Below are positions 37,898-49,417 of a stretch of 64,000 bases of DNA, one piece after another; the first letter of the stretch is position 1, and every line of letters begins with the position of its first letter. Under the pieces are notes generated by a model. That model was not told where the DNA came from. It worked only from the letters and a program-made list of their open reading frames with translations, and ran no database searches. This DNA comes from Candidatus Gottesmanbacteria bacterium. Lineage in GTDB: Bacteria > Patescibacteriota > Microgenomatia > UBA10105 > UBA927. A program made the translations under genes and the position numbers. The stretch spans positions 71,525 through 135,524 of the forward strand of contig CAVQFA010000005.1 of assembly GCA_963711735.1 (NCBI GenBank), in the 5' to 3' direction.

Positions 37898-38905
37898 ATG
37901 GGTGAAGCGTCAGAACAAATAGAAAATCTTACAACAAAACCTTTGGATGCAGTGGTGGTTTGCGGTATGGGACCTGTTGCGTTACGGGAAACGCGGACAC
38001 TCGGGAGCGATGATGTTAATCTCGTTGCAGCAAATTTTATGAATTTCCTAAACGGAGTGTCAGCGAATCTTATTATGAGTCATGGCGCTGCAGAAACGGT
38101 AATTTTAAGCGGATACAAAAGTCAAAACGCTAATATAGATAATCCGTCACCTCTTCAAATACTTGAGAAAACCACGAGTGAAGCAGATCTGCTTGATAAT
38201 ACTCTGATGAGAGCACGCCCTAAAGGTCTCACCGACGATGAGAAACAAAGAATATCTGATGGTGATCGCGTTATCCTGGAGCAGGATGCCAGAACAACAT
38301 TCGGAAATATCATTCAAGCTCTTAATTTATTGGATAAAAAAACAGGAGGACATTGGGAAGGTTCGTTTGCGGTGTTATCATCCGAGTTTCACGGACCACG
38401 CATCCGGGAGATGCTTGACGCATTCGGACTTAAAGATTCCAAAATATTGTCAGCAGAGCGTATTCTCAAACGTTTTGGATATACCGGTAGGCTTCATCCA
38501 ATAACTGATAAACTTACAGGGAAACCATGGGAAGAATTTGAGGAAATAGTTTATAAAGGTCAACCGGCAGGACTGCAAAACTTACAGGATAATCCGTCAT
38601 ATGTCACATTTGAACTGGCAAATATAACATCTGACAAGCGGTTACAGGAAATGGCGCAGAATTTGAAGCAATACTACGCGGATCGTAATGTCGGCTTACC
38701 TGAAGTATATGGAACCATTCCTAAAGAATACGATCCTACTTTTGACTATAATGGATTACGGGAAAGATTTCGTTCTGTTGTATTTTCCAAACATCCGTAT
38801 ACGGGTGTTGTTGAAAAGGAAGAATCGGTACCATACAGACAACTCGCGGCTATTGTCGGTGAGGAAACAGAAAAGTATTTGGATTCATTGAATATAAAAT
38901 TATGA
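37898..38905 (+). CDS. DUF218 (YdcF/ElyC/SanA-like) domain protein
   Basis: VVVCGMGPV ... VILEQDARTTFGNIIQAL ... FAVLSSEFHGPRIREMLDAFGL matches DUF218 conserved blocks; ATG 37898 chosen (track start 37583 overlaps preceding gene; 37793/37829 also possible). Confidence 0.55.
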   Translation: MGEASEQIENLTTKPLDAVVVCGMGPVALRETRTLGSDDVNLVAANFMNFLNGVSANLIMSHGAAETVILSGYKSQNANIDNPSPLQILEKTTSEADLLDNTLMRARPKGLTDDEKQRISDGDRVILEQDARTTFGNIIQALNLLDKKTGGHWEGSFAVLSSEFHGPRIREMLDAFGLKDSKILSAERILKRFGYTGRLHPITDKLTGKPWEEFEEIVYKGQPAGLQNLQDNPSYVTFELANITSDKRLQEMAQNLKQYYADRNVGLPEVYGTIPKEYDPTFDYNGLRERFRSVVFSKHPYTGVVEKEESVPYRQLAAIVGEETEKYLDSLNIKL

Positions 38906-40077
38906 AAATCGGACTGTTATCGCCATCCATATACATGTCCCCGGGCAAGTACCCTGATATGATTTTTGCTCCGCGTGACCTGTCGATAGCACTCGCTGAC
39001 GGGCTCGTCGCACGCGGGCATGATGTGTGGTTTTTTACTGCTCCCGACGTACCGACCAAAGCGCATCTGGTACCGGGAGATGCATCGCTTCTCTCTATGG
39101 AATATTACGAGGAGAAGTTGAAAAACCATCCCGGGGAGCGGGCAAAATGGGCATCCTTTTATGCCACGAAGAGGAACTATGAAATGGACCTCACCGAACG
39201 CTGTTATAAAATGGTCCACAAGGCACAGCTTGACATCATCCACTCGTACCATGACAGTCTCGCGCATTTTTTTGACGATCTGACCAATATACCGACTGTC
39301 TACACGCTCCACGATCCGCTTCCGAAAGATCCGAAAAGCGTCATGTACTGGTTGTTGCAAAAGTACTCGTATCATAACTATATCTCGATATCCGATGCAT
39401 TCCGGCACCATGAGAGCCTGAAGCTTCATTTTGCAGGGACTATACACCACGGTATTGATGCCGAAAAATATCCGTATGCGGGTCCTGGCGGTGTAGACGG
39501 ACACATCCTCGCGATGGGCAGGATGGTACCGGAGAAAGGGTTTGACCATGCGATCAAGGCGTCCCTGGATGCCGGTGTCGGGTTACACATCATGACATCG
39601 GATATGGAGGAGAACAGCCGTTTGGCGTACTTTACAGACCACATAGTACCCTTGACACAAGGCGTAGAGTCCATCCGGTATACAGGCTTTTTAAGCGGTA
39701 CGGAAAAAGCATCAGAAATCGGTTCTGCAAAAGCCTTGATTTTTCCCATACGGTGGGAGGAACCGTTCGGTATGGTTATGATTGAATCTATGGCATGCGG
39801 AACACCGGTTATTGCGTACAACAGGGGGAGTGTACCGGAAATAATTACGGACGGAAAGACAGGATTTATCATTGATCCGCCGGATGGTGATGATACACCT
39901 CACCCTCTTGGAGAGCATATGATTAAGAAACGCGGAGTTGAAGGGTTGGTCGAAGCGATTACGAGAATAGGGGAAATCGACCGCGCTGCATGCCGCCAGC
40001 GTGTGATGGATGAGTTCTCCGTAGAGAAAATGGCAGAACACCATGAGCAGATTTACCACAAAATCCTCGCAGGATGA
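38902..40077 (+). CDS. GT4-family glycosyltransferase
   Basis: EEPFGMVMIESMACGTPVIAYNRGSVPEIITDGKTGFII; start overlaps previous stop (ATGA). Confidence 0.75.
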   Translation: MKIGLLSPSIYMSPGKYPDMIFAPRDLSIALADGLVARGHDVWFFTAPDVPTKAHLVPGDASLLSMEYYEEKLKNHPGERAKWASFYATKRNYEMDLTERCYKMVHKAQLDIIHSYHDSLAHFFDDLTNIPTVYTLHDPLPKDPKSVMYWLLQKYSYHNYISISDAFRHHESLKLHFAGTIHHGIDAEKYPYAGPGGVDGHILAMGRMVPEKGFDHAIKASLDAGVGLHIMTSDMEENSRLAYFTDHIVPLTQGVESIRYTGFLSGTEKASEIGSAKALIFPIRWEEPFGMVMIESMACGTPVIAYNRGSVPEIITDGKTGFIIDPPDGDDTPHPLGEHMIKKRGVEGLVEAITRIGEIDRAACRQRVMDEFSVEKMAEHHEQIYHKILAG

Positions 40078-40164
40078 TGCCTTTTAACGTTTGATATTAT
40101 ATTTTACACTTGACCAAGATCTTAGAGCGTTTTTGTATACACAGATAGTATATAATAAACGCCT

Positions 40165-41034
40165 ATGGGACAATCTATAGAGCAGTTTCTCCATAGCGTG
40201 CATGAAATTCAACATCAAAATCCACCACTATGTGAGATGAGAATACTATACGGAAATATATCGGGTGTTTTTGGCGGAGGAAATCATAAAGAAATAGCAG
40301 AAGGAACACTCATCCTCAATCCATATGAGTATTATCTTCAGCGTTACATTCAACAATTACTTGCAACAGAGGATCATCCGATACGGATGCTTGATGAAGG
40401 CGCGTTATTCGGGATGAGTATGGCAGTGATGGGGTACCTGTTCCGGAATGAAATACGTTCGGGGGATCTAAGTCTCCTTGCATCTAATTTTGAACATCAT
40501 ATAACAAAACACGCACTTGGCCTTGAAGCAGAAAGAAGACTGGGATTTGTTCCGTTATTTGAAAAGCTCGAGGAGATAAAACAAGGGAGAGGGGATCATG
40601 ATAACGATAATATCTACGCTCTGCAATCTTCTGTCCGGCCAATTGTTCAGACACGGGAAGAACTGGCATTCTGGAGGTTCTACAGCAGGTATGTGGGGTT
40701 TCTATCCGGTGTCGGACTGGATGCAATAAGAATACAATATAAGGATGAACCGTTTGATATAGTCCATGATCATTATGCCGGCCTCACGTGGGCTCCGGAA
40801 AGAGAGAGATTTGGAATTTTTACTGTTCTTCGGCCTCACACGGGAATGCTTATTACAAATACGAACTTATTACAAACCGATGTGTATGATTATCGGATTG
40901 CATATTTAACTGTTACAAAACTTGCCCATGCAAACGACGAACAGGCACCAAAATATTGGATATATGCAACGACGGGAGCACTTGTTGAGCAGGTACCGTA
41001 TATCGAAGAATTTCCCGTTTATTCGTTGGAATAA
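40165..41034 (+). CDS. hypothetical protein
   Basis: 289-aa ORF; no motif. Confidence 0.45.
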   Translation: MGQSIEQFLHSVHEIQHQNPPLCEMRILYGNISGVFGGGNHKEIAEGTLILNPYEYYLQRYIQQLLATEDHPIRMLDEGALFGMSMAVMGYLFRNEIRSGDLSLLASNFEHHITKHALGLEAERRLGFVPLFEKLEEIKQGRGDHDNDNIYALQSSVRPIVQTREELAFWRFYSRYVGFLSGVGLDAIRIQYKDEPFDIVHDHYAGLTWAPERERFGIFTVLRPHTGMLITNTNLLQTDVYDYRIAYLTVTKLAHANDEQAPKYWIYATTGALVEQVPYIEEFPVYSLE

Positions 41035-41223
41035 ATTTTATTACTAAGTAAATCCCTCCGGAATCAAAGCCTTACCCCATCAGTGAAAAAGGGCATAAAT
41101 GAGTCAGGTGTGATTTCGCAAATACAGTCAATAAAAGAGTCCTCTGGAAACAATTCAAAACTTCTGGTATCATATACTTTTCCTGTCCGGACAACCTAAA
41201 AAAAGGATTTATACTTTTCGCAT

Positions 41224-41544
41224 ATGAAGGAAATGTCACCGTTTCAGCAAATCATAAATCATATTGATACCCTACCTGTCGGAGGACAGTTTACGTTAGG
41301 TGATTTAGGTCTCAGATCAATATCAGCAGGGGATCATAGGGGAGTTTTAAAAAAACTACCTTGCATCGGTACAGCAATACCAAGTCAAAACGGACAACAA
41401 ACCGTGTACGAACGTCTTTTTGATCCGCACATAGACCCCGGGAATTGCGCCGCATGCAAACACGATGGATCTTCACCGGCAGTCCCATGCAAAATCAAAA
41501 TGGATGCGGATGGGATAGGGACAATATTTATTGATCCTGAATAG
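41224..41544 (+). CDS. hypothetical protein
   Basis: 106-aa ORF. Confidence 0.35.
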   Translation: MKEMSPFQQIINHIDTLPVGGQFTLGDLGLRSISAGDHRGVLKKLPCIGTAIPSQNGQQTVYERLFDPHIDPGNCAACKHDGSSPAVPCKIKMDADGIGTIFIDPE

Positions 41545-41673
41545 AATTTCTTCGAAATAATAGATTTCAACTTCAGATACCCTAAATTATAATGTATATC
41601 AATGATAGTATTGACTCTGATTGATATACTAAGTATCATTAATTATCATATAATTTAAAATCTATTATTTACT

Positions 41674-42621
41674 ATGAGTTCCTCAGAAAATGTATTTTGG
41701 CAGAAATACGAGGGTAGAAATCCGGTTAATGTTTTGGATGTCATTTTTCGCGAAATTCAGCCAAAGGAATTATACGGATTTGTTAAAGGTTGTGCATCGC
41801 TTCAGATGACTCTTGAACAGATTCGTCCGGATCTGGTCATTTATCCTGAAAGGGGAGCTATGCCGATTGCGTGGACTATAAGGGCATTTTCCGAACTTCG
41901 CGGATTTGAATACTCGGAAATTGATATAGCACTTGGTTCTCATATCGTCATACAAACAAACAGAGAAACCGGAGTCGGGGGATTACAGAAGAGAAGAGTA
42001 ATACAGCATTGGCTACAGTACGCTGCGGAAAATATATGTGATTTAAATACTGTTGTCATGATAGACGAGGTACAAAGCGGAAAAACCCTGTCACAAGCGA
42101 CACACCATTTATTAGAATATATTCAGACTTCAAGCCCTGACACTTCATTACATATAATCGCCGTACAGGATGATCGAAATCACGTCCTTCACAGATCAAA
42201 GGTTCCCGCATTCAGGACTCTGTCATCAAATGAGAGACAGGGAATCACTGCACAAGTTTTTCCGATGCCACTCTTTACCGTAGACAGAACAGCACTTCTG
42301 GATTATCTATTGATCGACGAAGAGATGGACCTGACAAAAACACCGATTGTTCATACTCTAAAGAATACGGAAGCAGAAACGGTATTCCGATTATTTGCAT
42401 TAGTTCTGAGTGATCCGCAATTCTCCCAAATATTTTCTGAAGCAATCGACCATCAAATACCTCCCAGTAGTTTGGGGGTTGAAGGTTTTGATAATTACTT
42501 TTATTGGTTATTTGAGATGATTACTAATCCGACAGCAAACAATCATCAGAAAGTACGATACGACCACATATGTATTTTTTTTCAATCCCTTTGTCGTATA
42601 GCATCAAAAGACTGCGAGTAG
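41674..42621 (+). CDS. phosphoribosyltransferase-like protein
   Basis: PRPP-binding-type motif VVMIDEVQSGKTL (hydrophobic x4-D-E-V-x-S-G-x-T). Confidence 0.45.
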   Translation: MSSSENVFWQKYEGRNPVNVLDVIFREIQPKELYGFVKGCASLQMTLEQIRPDLVIYPERGAMPIAWTIRAFSELRGFEYSEIDIALGSHIVIQTNRETGVGGLQKRRVIQHWLQYAAENICDLNTVVMIDEVQSGKTLSQATHHLLEYIQTSSPDTSLHIIAVQDDRNHVLHRSKVPAFRTLSSNERQGITAQVFPMPLFTVDRTALLDYLLIDEEMDLTKTPIVHTLKNTEAETVFRLFALVLSDPQFSQIFSEAIDHQIPPSSLGVEGFDNYFYWLFEMITNPTANNHQKVRYDHICIFFQSLCRIASKDCE

Positions 42622-42627
42622 AATAAT

Positions 42628-42909
42628 TTATTGTGGCTTAATGCAGTATATATTTCCTGAAGAGTACAATTCCCGTGACCAAAAACCTGTTCCATCTGAT
42701 AGCCTGTAGTAGTTGTTACCTCCGGCTGATTGAACATCCATGATTCGCGTTACGCATGATGCAGTGAGATGAGCTTGGGCATAAATGATCACCGACAGAG
42801 CGAATGCAAAAGTTGTGTACATACCCACATTCAGCAACGTGTATGTAAGTTTGACAGGATGTGAGATTTTTATAGTAAACGGTATTTCCCGTGCGTAGGT
42901 AGTATACAT
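42628..42909 (-). CDS. small hypothetical membrane/secreted protein
   Basis: 93 aa with hydrophobic helix; weak. Confidence 0.25.
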   Translation of the reverse strand: MYTTYAREIPFTIKISHPVKLTYTLLNVGMYTTFAFALSVIIYAQAHLTASCVTRIMDVQSAGGNNYYRLSDGTGFWSRELYSSGNIYCIKPQ

Positions 42910-42996
42910 AGAAATTGAACACTTCTTGTGTGTTTGAGGCAGGAGTATAGCATGTTATAGGGGTATAGTCAAGCCTATAGTAGACAAATAAGGGGT

Positions 42997-43500
42997 TTAT
43001 GCTGCCTGGTGACGGAACCTTTTGAATATTTTCTGAAATACGGGTTGTGTTTTGCGCATGAGTATCCAGGTCTGAGAAATTGGTCCATGATCATCATCCA
43101 CCCGTTCCAAACGGAGATTGATGTCGGGAAATGTCGTTTCAAGTGTGAGTGTACGCTGGTCACAATGGCTAGTGTGTCTGACTTTATCAGGATCTTCCCA
43201 GCACATGTGTTCAATGTTCTGTCTTGCAGAATTTTGATCCAATGTGGTCAGTAAAGAAAGAAATATGCCGAATGCCTGTTGGGCATCCCCGGGAGAGAAA
43301 TTATTCTGTTCAGGTATACTTCCCACACACGGAAAGGATAATTCCGGAGGACTTACTTGCGGAACGAGGGTGTGTGATACCCGCAGAAGAACCGCTTTCT
43401 TTTGTCCTTCTTTAATACGCATAAGCGTATCACCGAACGCCTGATGAAGTCTGATAAAACCTGTATCTATGGGTAATGCTTCGTGAGAGGTATTTATCAT
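42997..43500 (-). CDS. hypothetical protein
   Basis: 167-aa ORF. Confidence 0.4.
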   Translation of the reverse strand: MINTSHEALPIDTGFIRLHQAFGDTLMRIKEGQKKAVLLRVSHTLVPQVSPPELSFPCVGSIPEQNNFSPGDAQQAFGIFLSLLTTLDQNSARQNIEHMCWEDPDKVRHTSHCDQRTLTLETTFPDINLRLERVDDDHGPISQTWILMRKTQPVFQKIFKRFRHQAA

Positions 43501-43604
43501 AATTTGGACTATAGAATACTATACTATCATTGTAAAGACCTATTTTATTTTCCACAAACCACTTTATAGAAGGAAGAATATTCATAATCAGTAGGGTATA
43601 CTAG

Positions 43605-44450
<846 letters not shown>

Positions 44451-44470
44451 TTGCAGGTGAAACTGAGAAG

Positions 44471-45550
44471 TTATACGGCAAACCGGGGCCACATGGATCG
44501 ATTCCGGCTGAAGGATTCTATTCTCTGATTGAGATAATCAAGCGCAGTTCTCCACCATGCATATGTTGCCTGGCCGTGTGCCCATGTCGGGATGTTTTGT
44601 GAAGCACTGAACTTTTCGTAGTCACACAATGATTGTCTGAATGGCAGGAGATTCTGAAAAGCGGAGAGATACCATGCATTTCTTGTAAAATATTTCATGG
44701 CGTTTGGATCCGATAAAACATCCGTCGGGATTGTTACAGCAGGATGTCTGATTCCAAGGACATTCAAGTTTACTAACCGGCCATTCGCGCCGGCATTTAC
44801 TATAAAATTATCGATGATACGCTTTTCGTCATCCGAACATGCACCCGTTGCATAACGCCATAAAGCCGGAATGCCGATTTGCATATCATGGTTTCCTGAA
44901 AATGTCCCCCTCTCATGAGCAACTTTTGCAGCAACGGTAGGCATATGGGTGATAGCCTGTACAAAAGACCCAACTACAATGCGTCCATGTCGCAGGTATT
45001 TGTCCATCAGGATACCGCCATTCGGATTGAGAAACAGAACCGGATCATCCGGCCATGTCGGATTTGGATATCCGCCGGCAACAGCTGTGACAATTTTTTC
45101 TCCGGAACGGATTTGAACAGATGTTATCGTCTGCGGTTCATATGGAACAACGGTAGGCTGGGCAAGCGCAATGAGAGCCGGTACATCACCGATCCAAAAA
45201 GTATCTTTGATTTCAATTTTGTATTCACACGAAGAAAGTTGAGGTAATCCATGCTTCAATCTCGATGCCTGCGCGCTGTCTTTCGGTGTTGCATCGTACT
45301 TTTGAATGTTTACCGGTTCATTCGAAGCTGTCCAGGTGAGGCTCAGATCACCTATGCATGCGACAGCCGTTTCGGCGATGTATGGATTGAACAAGGCAAC
45401 TTCCTGAATAACAGGGAAATTATTTTCGTGATAACCGGGAATAAAACCGATTAAACTCAGGAGACTAGTATATTCGGGTGAAATATACACGTCATCAGGA
45501 TGTGTATCCTGCATGACGCGACCTGATTCGAGAGTAATATAAGAAGGCAT
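44471..45550 (-). CDS. putative calcineurin-like metallophosphoesterase
   Basis: GD (ACIGDLSL) and GNHD (TFSGNHDMQ) motifs with appropriate spacing; otherwise weak. Confidence 0.35.
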   Translation of the reverse strand: MPSYITLESGRVMQDTHPDDVYISPEYTSLLSLIGFIPGYHENNFPVIQEVALFNPYIAETAVACIGDLSLTWTASNEPVNIQKYDATPKDSAQASRLKHGLPQLSSCEYKIEIKDTFWIGDVPALIALAQPTVVPYEPQTITSVQIRSGEKIVTAVAGGYPNPTWPDDPVLFLNPNGGILMDKYLRHGRIVVGSFVQAITHMPTVAAKVAHERGTFSGNHDMQIGIPALWRYATGACSDDEKRIIDNFIVNAGANGRLVNLNVLGIRHPAVTIPTDVLSDPNAMKYFTRNAWYLSAFQNLLPFRQSLCDYEKFSASQNIPTWAHGQATYAWWRTALDYLNQRIESFSRNRSMWPRFAV

Positions 45551-45619
45551 ATATGAGAAAATTCCGGCAGGTAAAGTGAATTATAGCTATATCCTATAGA
45601 GATTTCAAGTTATATACCA

Positions 45620-46342
45620 TTATGTGTTACCGTAGCCCATATCAACCAAAGAAGGTGCAATAGCGCGTTGTAGTATAAGCCCCACGGCTACTTTTTGCGG
45701 GTGCTTGTGGGCTCCTTCACACATAGGTACATGAATGTTTACTGATCTTCCAAGACCCGCATTGGCGATCCGTTCGAATATCAACAGACACATATATTCG
45801 ACATAGAGAGCCGGAACCTCGTGGTCATGAAATTCTTTAGAGTACTTCTGTATAAACGATGAACCGGTACCGACTGATGCAGTATTCGGTTCTACGATTT
45901 CTTTGATAAACGGCTGCCTGTCAATGGAGTACATAGAGATATCACTTTGACCCAACGCGCCGGGCATGAGGATATCGAAAAGTCTCACAACCACAGTGTG
46001 GATATGATTTCTGTCTGTTATCCCGTACGGATCAGCACTCCCAAGAAGTATCCGTTCAAAAAAATCCTGAGGAATCCCAACTTGTATAAGCTCCCGGAAA
46101 ACCGATTGGTAATCTACGTTTTCAAGAATATCCAGGCTCGCTACTTCACCTCCTAAAAAAGATCGTTTTTTCGATTCCATGTGTCCGATTTCATGACATG
46201 CAGCTGCCATATATCCGATAGGATTATGTGTCAGGGGAATACAACCTTCATTAGCAGAAACTACTGCTCCGTTTATATAATCCTTCGGAACTTCGTACGA
46301 ATCCTCGGGAATATAACCGTCATGAACGCATTCAATTTCCAT
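45620..46342 (-). CDS. HExxH zinc-metallopeptidase-like protein (possibly C-terminal part of a split gene with 46350..47027)
   Basis: AACHEIGHM motif; ATG at 46342 chosen because track N-terminal extension (to 46573) is C/R/L-rich junk overlapping upstream ORF in -1 frame. Confidence 0.45.
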   Translation of the reverse strand: MEIECVHDGYIPEDSYEVPKDYINGAVVSANEGCIPLTHNPIGYMAAACHEIGHMESKKRSFLGGEVASLDILENVDYQSVFRELIQVGIPQDFFERILLGSADPYGITDRNHIHTVVVRLFDILMPGALGQSDISMYSIDRQPFIKEIVEPNTASVGTGSSFIQKYSKEFHDHEVPALYVEYMCLLIFERIANAGLGRSVNIHVPMCEGAHKHPQKVAVGLILQRAIAPSLVDMGYGNT

Positions 46343-46349
46343 GCACGGA

Positions 46350-47027
46350 TTATAGCGTAATTGCAGGTACGGAAGAAATATGCATCCGCGGTACATCCAC
46401 AGGCGGAGAGGCAGGATGTGTATCAGGACCAGTACCGATATTACCCAGTGAGACAAAGCCGTCGGGTGAAATAATAACGGCAGGATTTCCCGATCCTTTA
46501 GGATAAAACACAGAAGTGCATCCGGGATGATATGCACAGAGCACCTGATCCGGCAGGATGCCCGTGCACGCATTTTCTATTTTATGCCACCACGTCGTTG
46601 ATTCGGCGGGATTGTGAACTATCAGGTATGTCGTCTTTGAACCGGCAGGTATATTCCAATATCCCGCTATAAGCTTCCAGACTTCGGGCAAACGGTATTC
46701 AAGCATCCGCAGTTCCGGCGAACCTGTATATGTGAGAATTTGGTATTTAGTGGTAAGGTTTTCATATTCATTGTCTAAAGCACGTTTATTAGAGTGATTT
46801 AAATTATCCAGAAACGACGGTTGGAGATTTTTCGGTCCCGATGCGCTCCACAGGTCATTCAGAGCAATCTGCAGATTATTATGAATATCGTTATCCGTAA
46901 AAACATCTAAACCAGCTTTTCCGGCAAGCACACCCAACAGAATTTTTGCACGGACATATGCGTGATCAAACGGAGGGAAAAGAAGGTCGGAAGTTGGATG
47001 TGTTTCAGGCATAGTCATATATAACAA
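46350..47027 (-). CDS. hypothetical protein (possibly N-terminal part of split peptidase gene)
   Basis: 225-aa ORF ending 5 nt before next ATG on same strand. Confidence 0.4.
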   Translation of the reverse strand: MLYMTMPETHPTSDLLFPPFDHAYVRAKILLGVLAGKAGLDVFTDNDIHNNLQIALNDLWSASGPKNLQPSFLDNLNHSNKRALDNEYENLTTKYQILTYTGSPELRMLEYRLPEVWKLIAGYWNIPAGSKTTYLIVHNPAESTTWWHKIENACTGILPDQVLCAYHPGCTSVFYPKGSGNPAVIISPDGFVSLGNIGTGPDTHPASPPVDVPRMHISSVPAITL

Positions 47028-47174
47028 ACTATATAATAATACAACAAATTATATTCTTTGTCACTCACCATCTATGTTATGTTTTTTTATATCAAAGGGA
47101 ATATTCTGTTCAAGCCAGTATATGAAGATTTGAATTCATAATTTCAATCAGCGCATATCCGTTTCTATTGTGGT

Positions 47175-47813
47175 ATGATCTATGATCCTATGATAAGCGT
47201 CGAACAGAAACAACCGGATAATGCGTACTATCAGATCAGCTTCCATTCAGAGAAAGATCCCCGTGGTGCGCTGAAGGACTTACTGAAAGAATTTCCGCAG
47301 TATGATGAGGCAGGTAATGTATTATGGATAGTTGCAGACGGACTTGCCGTAGAGGCCTGGACCGATGAAAGACCGCATAAGGACGCTGACATAATCATGT
47401 TTAAGCAGTCTATAGAAGGGACTGCTATAGTATATCAGATGGGTCATCAGATCGATCTATATACACCGGAACAGTATATGTCTATCGGTATCCGGTATCC
47501 TGATGGATTTCTTGAGTCTCATATTGTCGCAACAGTAAATCAGAAAATGAATGAAGACGGTCCCATACTGACGCTTCATCCTGCGGTTCTTCTTTTCCAG
47601 AAAGCATTCACACGGGCAGATTGCGGAGAAGAGTATGCACTGGACCGGTACAATCACGATTTTGACCGGCTTATCAACCTGTATAAAACACTTGATAATT
47701 CCAAACAGAAAGAATGGAGATACATCATTGAGGAGTGTTTCCGGTATGTTGATCCAAAATACTGGGAAAAGATGCGGATTGATCTCTCCATGCATATGAA
47801 TGTAGCCTCATAA
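47175..47813 (+). CDS. hypothetical protein
   Basis: 212-aa soluble ORF immediately upstream of atpF; not an ATP synthase a/c subunit. Confidence 0.45.
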   Translation: MIYDPMISVEQKQPDNAYYQISFHSEKDPRGALKDLLKEFPQYDEAGNVLWIVADGLAVEAWTDERPHKDADIIMFKQSIEGTAIVYQMGHQIDLYTPEQYMSIGIRYPDGFLESHIVATVNQKMNEDGPILTLHPAVLLFQKAFTRADCGEEYALDRYNHDFDRLINLYKTLDNSKQKEWRYIIEECFRYVDPKYWEKMRIDLSMHMNVAS

Positions 47814-47992
47814 AATTTCTTTTCTATCTTCAACATTCCATAGTGCACTTGCCTTCTTCCATTGCCGATAATTACTCGGTATACTGAATTTATAGTATTT
47901 TTTCTATTGATATTCCAAACATTCAGAAATGTTTGGATATGCCGCACTAATCAACTTATATGAATAAAGTTGAGTAAGTGCGGACATAGCCT

Positions 47993-48733
47993 ATGGAACC
48001 TGTCCTTTTTTCGCTCTTACTGGTCCTCACTATCCTATTTGTCATCACGCAGGCAACTATTCTTCTTGTATTTCTCCGGGCGTTCCGTGAGTTTAAAAAA
48101 AGTCATAATCCGGACGAGGAGGCTGTCAAAAAGCTCCGATTGAAATCCGAAGAGATCCTCCGCGGTGCTTTGGAGCGGGCAAACCTCATACTCGCGAGCG
48201 CTCAGAAGAAGGGTGTCGATATTATTGCCAAAGAAGAAAAAACTGGGTCAACCCTCTCTGATGAGTACAGCAAGCACTTAGGTGCCGTGCAGGAGTCATT
48301 ACAGGAATCTTTTGAACGCACAGCAAATGACGCAGACAAGGCCCTTGAGGAGTATCTCACGCAGGTTGGAAAAACCGTGGCTGACCATATGGATCAGAAC
48401 GAAAAAATCCTTTCTGATAAAGCTGCGGTTATGACGGAGCAGGCACGGAAGGCACTGGACGATATGCGCGGCAGAACTGAAGGGTCTATAGAAAAGCTGA
48501 CGAAAGACACACAGGAGATGGTTCGCTCGGAGATAGACAAGGAACTGGCTATGGCACACGACGAGCTTACCGAATATAAAGCGCGGCGGATGAAAATGAT
48601 TGACGAGAGGATCATCCAGATGCTTGAAGACGTGATAAAGGTGACGCTTGAGAAAAAGTTGTCGCTTGTGGAGCAGTCGGAGCTTGTATACAGAGCGCTC
48701 GAAGAAGCCAAACGTGAAAATGCGTTCAAATAA
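47993..48733 (+). CDS. atpF: F-type ATP synthase subunit b (extended coiled-coil)
   Basis: single N-terminal TM (FSLLLVLTILFVITQATILLVFL) followed by ~200-aa charged coiled-coil; position directly before delta/alpha genes. Confidence 0.6.
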   Translation: MEPVLFSLLLVLTILFVITQATILLVFLRAFREFKKSHNPDEEAVKKLRLKSEEILRGALERANLILASAQKKGVDIIAKEEKTGSTLSDEYSKHLGAVQESLQESFERTANDADKALEEYLTQVGKTVADHMDQNEKILSDKAAVMTEQARKALDDMRGRTEGSIEKLTKDTQEMVRSEIDKELAMAHDELTEYKARRMKMIDERIIQMLEDVIKVTLEKKLSLVEQSELVYRALEEAKRENAFK

Positions 48734-49267
48734 TTGCGTATGGATCAGGATAAGATGATCGTTACAATACTCAAAAGTTCGTATACCAAGACGGATATCG
48801 GAAGGCGTACGAGGCTTCTCCGGGAATACCTTGAAAAGAGCTTCTTTACGCCGGAAAAGTCGGAAATGACGAAATTTCTCATATCCCGTCAGGCAACAAC
48901 GGATGATATTGATACGTTTCTGGGATGGGGAGAGGGATTTTTCCGCGCATTCACCAAAGAGAACCTCTATTCCTTCATAAGCGCAGTGAATAGCAGGATG
49001 AAGAAGTTGCCTATCGTAACGCTCTACATACCGTATGAACCGGTACCGGCGGAGATCATCAAACTCGGCAGGTGGTTTCGCGGAAATGTTAGTGAAGAAG
49101 TGCTTGTGGACCTCCATACCGATCCGTCACTTCTGGGGGGTTGCTCGTTTGTTTACCGCGGTGTATATCGCGATTACTCCCTCCGGTACTACATGATGAA
49201 AAAAAGAGCACAGATTGAAAAGATCATCACGGAGTACGTTGCACGATTTTATAAAGAGGATAATTAG
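48734..49267 (+). CDS. atpH: F-type ATP synthase subunit delta (OSCP)
   Basis: C-terminal VDLHTDPSLLGGCSFVYRGVYRDYSLRYYM matches delta C-terminal signature; gene order. Confidence 0.65.
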   Translation: MRMDQDKMIVTILKSSYTKTDIGRRTRLLREYLEKSFFTPEKSEMTKFLISRQATTDDIDTFLGWGEGFFRAFTKENLYSFISAVNSRMKKLPIVTLYIPYEPVPAEIIKLGRWFRGNVSEEVLVDLHTDPSLLGGCSFVYRGVYRDYSLRYYMMKKRAQIEKIITEYVARFYKEDN

Positions 49268-49417
49268 ATTTATATACTCTTGTGCTGAGGTCGCATACAA
49301 AGTATTTGCGTCTCCAGTTGCAGACGTTTCTTATCCATACGGGATAGATCCTGAAGAGCAAATGGAGCCGCTTCATTCTTTGTACGCTCCCCGCACAATA
49401 ATATTTATAGAGGAAGT

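Noticed and set aside
45620-46573. Track's 317-aa version of the HExxH ORF starting at 46573
   Set aside because: The first 77 residues overlap the upstream gene in another frame and look non-coding (Cys/Arg/Leu-rich). An internal ATG at 46342 gives a clean start 5 nt after the upstream stop.
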